From Nemertoderma westbladi (Eukaryota; Animalia; Xenacoelomorpha): a DNA stretch of 64,000 bases. The stretch covers positions 1 to 64,000 of the forward strand of contig JAUCBJ010002426.1 of NCBI GenBank assembly GCA_032718475.1. The letters are read 5' to 3'. Positions 60,049-64,000 of this stretch are shown here, piece after piece; the stretch's first letter is position 1; each line of letters begins with the position of its first letter. The notes under the pieces are model-generated. The model saw nothing but the letters and a program-made list of their open reading frames with translations, did not search any database and was not told the origin of the DNA. Position numbers and translations under genes: made by a program.

Positions 60049-60975
60049 TAACCTGCTCCATTCCCTGATTTGGTAAAGTGACTGTTTTGGTTTTGATTGC
60101 TTGATTGTTTTGGTTAGAAAATCCGGCCTTAACCTGCTCCTTTCCCTCAATTAGTTAAGTGATCGTTTATTGTTTTGGTTAGAAAATCCCGCCTCTGTAA
60201 CCTGCTCCTTTCCCTCAATTGGTAATGTTATCGTTTATTGTTTTATTTAGAAAATCCTGCCTCTGTAACCTGCTCCTTTCTCTCAATTGGTAATGTTATC
60301 GTTTATTGTTTTGGTTAGAAAATCCCGTCTCTGTAACCTGCTCCTTTCCCTCAATTAGTTAAATGATCGTTTATTGTTTTGGTTAGAAAATCCCGCCTCT
60401 GTAACCTGCCCCTTTCCCTCAATTAGTTAAATGATCGTTTATTGTTTTGGTTAGAAAATCCCGCCTCTGTAACCTGCTCCCTTTCCCTGAATTGGTATAG
60501 TGACCGTTTATTGTTTTGGTTAGAAAGGCCCGCCTCTGTAACCTGCCCCTTTCCCTCAATTAGTTAAGTGATCGTTTATTGTTTTGGTTAGAAAATCCCG
60601 CCTCTGTAACCTGCTCCTTTCCCTCAATTAGTTAAGTGATCGTTTATTGTTTTGGTTAGAAAATTCCGCCTCTTTAACCTGTCCCTTTCCCTCAATTAGT
60701 TAAATGATCGTTTATTGTTTTGGTTAGAAAATCCCGCCTCTGTAACCTGCTCCTTTCCCTCAATAAGTTAAGTGATCGTTTATTGTTTTGGTTAGAAAAT
60801 CCCGCCTCTGTAACCTGCTCCTTTCCCTCAATTAGTTAAGTGATCGTTTTGGTTAGAAAATCCCGTCTCTGTAACCTGCTCCTTACCCTGATTTGGTAAA
60901 GTGACTGTTTATTGTTTTGGTTAGAAAACTCGGCCTTAACCTGCTCCTTTCCATCAATTGGTAATTGTTTTGGCT
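60049..60975. repeat. 68-bp minisatellite, about 14 copies
   Basis: Unit taacctgctcctttccctcaattagttaagtgatcgtttattgttttggttagaaaatcccgcctctg; period 68 (60198 to 60266). Confidence 0.93.
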
Positions 60976-62218
60976 ATAAAATGAGCTACGTCATGTGGTA
61001 ATCGATTATCGACAACAACCACAAACTATTAAATATAGAGTCTTTTTACCACAGGCGCATATGGAAATCTATCTCATAGTCTATAAATCATGGAATCATG
61101 GAATGTTTTGCCACATGCATAGTGAAATCAACTGTCTGACAGTCCAGAAATCAGCAGTCTGACAGTTTGAAGAAATACATACATAAAAAGTCATTAAAAG
61201 GACAATAAAAGTCATTAAAAGGACAACAAAAGTCATTATGCATAATTCGTAAAAAAAAAATGACAAAAAAAGTCAAATAAAAGGACATAAAAAATCACTG
61301 CCGTTAAATAATATAATAACAGCTGGAATTGTATACAATAGGATAGTTACGTTGGATATAATGTAGAGGATAGAAATATTAATACTAAATTAGGATTAGG
61401 ATAGTACTGTAGGTGGTTAATGATTCGACTAAATTATTTAGGCCCTAGGTTTATAATAAACTTAATATTGAAACATAATATTATATTAGATACGCCCTAT
61501 TGAGAGGTAATAGCAACAGAAGAGCTCATTGATAAAGAGGGACGCCCTATAGAGCGGCATTAAAAGTCCAACAATGAATCTATCAAAGACGGTAACAACA
61601 GTTAAACATGAGGGAACGGCAACGTTACAGCAAAGCGTTCTAAACAAACATTTTTACAAACACGAGAATAAAGCAGAGCTTAAGAATCGTATGGGATCGA
61701 ATCTGGACTCAGATGAGAAATCTATATTATTGCGGAGTAGATCACCTAGTCCACAAGTCAGGCGATCATGCACGCGATCGGTAAGGATGTGGAAAGGAGC
61801 GAGTCGACGACGCAGACATAGAGCGACGACGAATACTCGAACCAACGAGATATCGTGGTAGAATATTAGAAGGCGGAACGAGAGACCTTGGTAAAGGTAT
61901 CGCGGTACAACAAGTATTTCATGACGTGGGAACGTCTTCAGAGAGTTCCGATGTACTATGGAATAAATTGAGGGATTACATGGAACAGCTACGAGACGAG
62001 AAATAGGCCTACTACAAAGAGAAATGTGGTGCTAGAAGAGACGGTAATGGATTTCATTTATTACGCAAGGATAGAGAAACACAGAAGAAACTGATGGAGT
62101 TTGATATAATAAACAAGCTACAACTACTGTAGAATAGGCTCTATCTGTAGCCCAAGAAGAAACCCGATACGAGGGACTGAATTATCTACGGATAACAGGA
62201 GACCCGAGAGAACATCGG

Positions 62219-62698
62219 ATGGATCAGCGATATATCAATCCGGGATGTGGATTCTGCGGGAGTCTACATCACGTAAAAATAGCTTGTATAGCAACGGAAA
62301 CAAAAGTGTCACAATGCGCATATTGCGGACGATTTGATCACTTGTTAGCGGCATGCAACCCATTAAACACGCGGTGTACGGTATGTGGATTCAGAGGACA
62401 TAAGGGAGCTGAATGTCACGAGAGAAAGCCGGACGAATGGCTATTGCAATTCGAATCTTACGCGGTGGGAGGGAAGATTACATATAGGAGGAATAATAGA
62501 CATGGTATACAGTATACACCTTGGATTCTATTTCTGTACGGAAGAACAGGAGCAATATATATGGAAAAACGGGACCAACTTCACCGGTCACGACTTGATG
62601 TCTGCGTCAGCGAAAACAAGTCCGGAGAGAATTCAACAGGAGATAACATTGGCGGGAACTACAGGATTGGACGGACTCGGCCGATGGTTATTACGTAA
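62219..62698 (+). pseudogene. Degenerate triple-CCHC protein related to the ORF X C-terminal module
   Basis: CGFCGSLHH..C, CAYCGRFDHLLAAC, CTVCGFRGH..C then FESYA, paralleling ORF X CAYC..H..C..CHHC..GH..C..WEANA; upstream frame fragments from ~61574. Confidence 0.6.
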
Positions 62699-62710
62699 TG
62701 TATCGAGTGC

Positions 62711-63060
62711 CAGGCCCGTAGCCAGGGGGGGGTTCGTTGGTTCGAACGAACCGCCGTTTTGATAAACGTGCCCGAACAGATGTTTGGGAAAGTGCCCTTT
62801 TTATAATTACCTTTTTGAAAAATATTCTCCATTTAATTATATTCACATATTCGTAAAAGTGCCCTTTCCGGCAAAGCAAATATTAAAGTTACATTAGCAG
62901 CTAGAACAGTTAGGATTCACATCCCAGTGCCAATGTGCTTTAAAAAGTATCCCACATATTTCGTATCGGGCTTGGATATTTGTCATTATTTAAAAAATTA
63001 AAAAAGTGCCCTTTTTTTGAAAAAACGAACCGCCCTTTAAAAATCCTGGCTACGGGCCTG
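62711..63060. mobile_element. hAT-like MITE
   Basis: Perfect 16-bp TIRs caggcccgtagccagg / cctggctacgggcctg. Confidence 0.75.
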
Positions 63061-63881
63061 AATGCATACATACGACAATGACAAATAGGCGAGAACGACT
63101 TGAAGTAATACCCTTCAAGAATCAAAAACGCTAGGAAATTTATACTTCAATGATAAGTGTTCCTAATAAAGTGAATGAGGACATATTATTTTTTATACTT
63201 ACTTACGACATTCCTATATAGTGAATGATACCTACGATGGAAGAAATACTTTATAGAGATAAACTTTGAATAAAATTAATGACTAATTACAGATATTGGA
63301 CATTTATATAACTTTATTGTATATTATTACTTTACAGGACTATAAAATAACTTTATATGATTGTGATTTAATCATTTGTTAATTTCTAGGAGTTAATGAA
63401 ATTAATGATTTCAGATTATTTTCTTAAACATATTATTTTCACAGTTATTGGGAAGCAGTTGGTAAAGTATAAAACGATAAAAGGTTAGTATAAATAAGGA
63501 GATTAAGAAGTAAATTAATCATCGAAGGGGTGTATGGAACACAGGTAAAGTATATGAGCCGAAGTGATGTGAGTATTATTAGATAATAAATTAAAAGATA
63601 ATAATAGAGTTAAAGCCAAAATGGGGAAATAATGAGATTGGTTTGGAATTACCCTGTGTGTGTCAGCAAGTTGGCAGGGGGGAGTGTGAGTGGAGTAATC
63701 CCAAACGAATAAACGAGAATTTGAGAGAATATGTAACACAATAAGACAAACAACTCGCACTGGCCCAGCCCCTGATATCCAATTTGCTGGAGCTGTGGGA
63801 CCCTACCTTTGAAAATTCCTAGATACCCGCATGGCCACCAAACATGAATTATTGAAGAATATATGTCAGTTGTTTACTTAC

Positions 63882-64000
63882 AACGGACTCCCCACAGCCA
63901 ACTGTTGATCGGCAATCCATTGATGGCAAATTATTATTATTAGTACTTCCTTTAGCCGCTGGTACATTATGTAACAACGTTAATGATAGGAACGTTACTG
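63882..64000 (-). CDS. Exon 1 (partial) of secreted cysteine-rich protein, copy B
   Basis: Near-identical to ~1574-1690; ...VTFLSLTLLHNVPAAKGSTNNNNLPSMDCRSTVGCGESV followed by GTAAGT donor at 63881. Confidence 0.8.

Noticed and set aside
60049-60975. Possible CRISPR array
   Set aside because: Whole 68-bp units repeat with no unique spacers, no cas genes are present, and the context is eukaryotic

Overview
AT-rich, repeat-dense animal (probably invertebrate) genomic DNA, not prokaryotic. Host genes: two paralogues of a two-exon, secreted Cys-rich protein gene on the minus strand. Copy A is 506-1708. Copy B has exon 2 at 24350-24631 and exon 1 at 63882->64000, giving a ~39 kb TE-filled intron. 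A two-exon secreted EF-hand gene (22124-23901, +) carries an apparent frameshift. Three BEL/Pao LTR retrotransposons, each with paired LTRs and a 5-bp TSD, dominate the window: E1 (2294-20624, -), its internally deleted relative E2 (26883-46709, +, inserted in an RTE-like LINE) and E3 (28452-36427, -, nested in E2). Main findings: (1) E1 carries, in the env position, an intact 1417-aa accessory ORF with a DEDDy (WRN/EXD/Mut-7-like) 3'-5' exonuclease fold and three CCHC knuckles, preceded by a conserved structured RNA. (2) None of the three elements has a tRNA PBS; each has an 11-nt PBS exactly complementary to a site in its own LTR, resembling Tf1 self-priming. (3) A canonical type I hammerhead ribozyme (24855-24906, -) lies in sense orientation in the host intron. 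All calls are by eye, without database searches.
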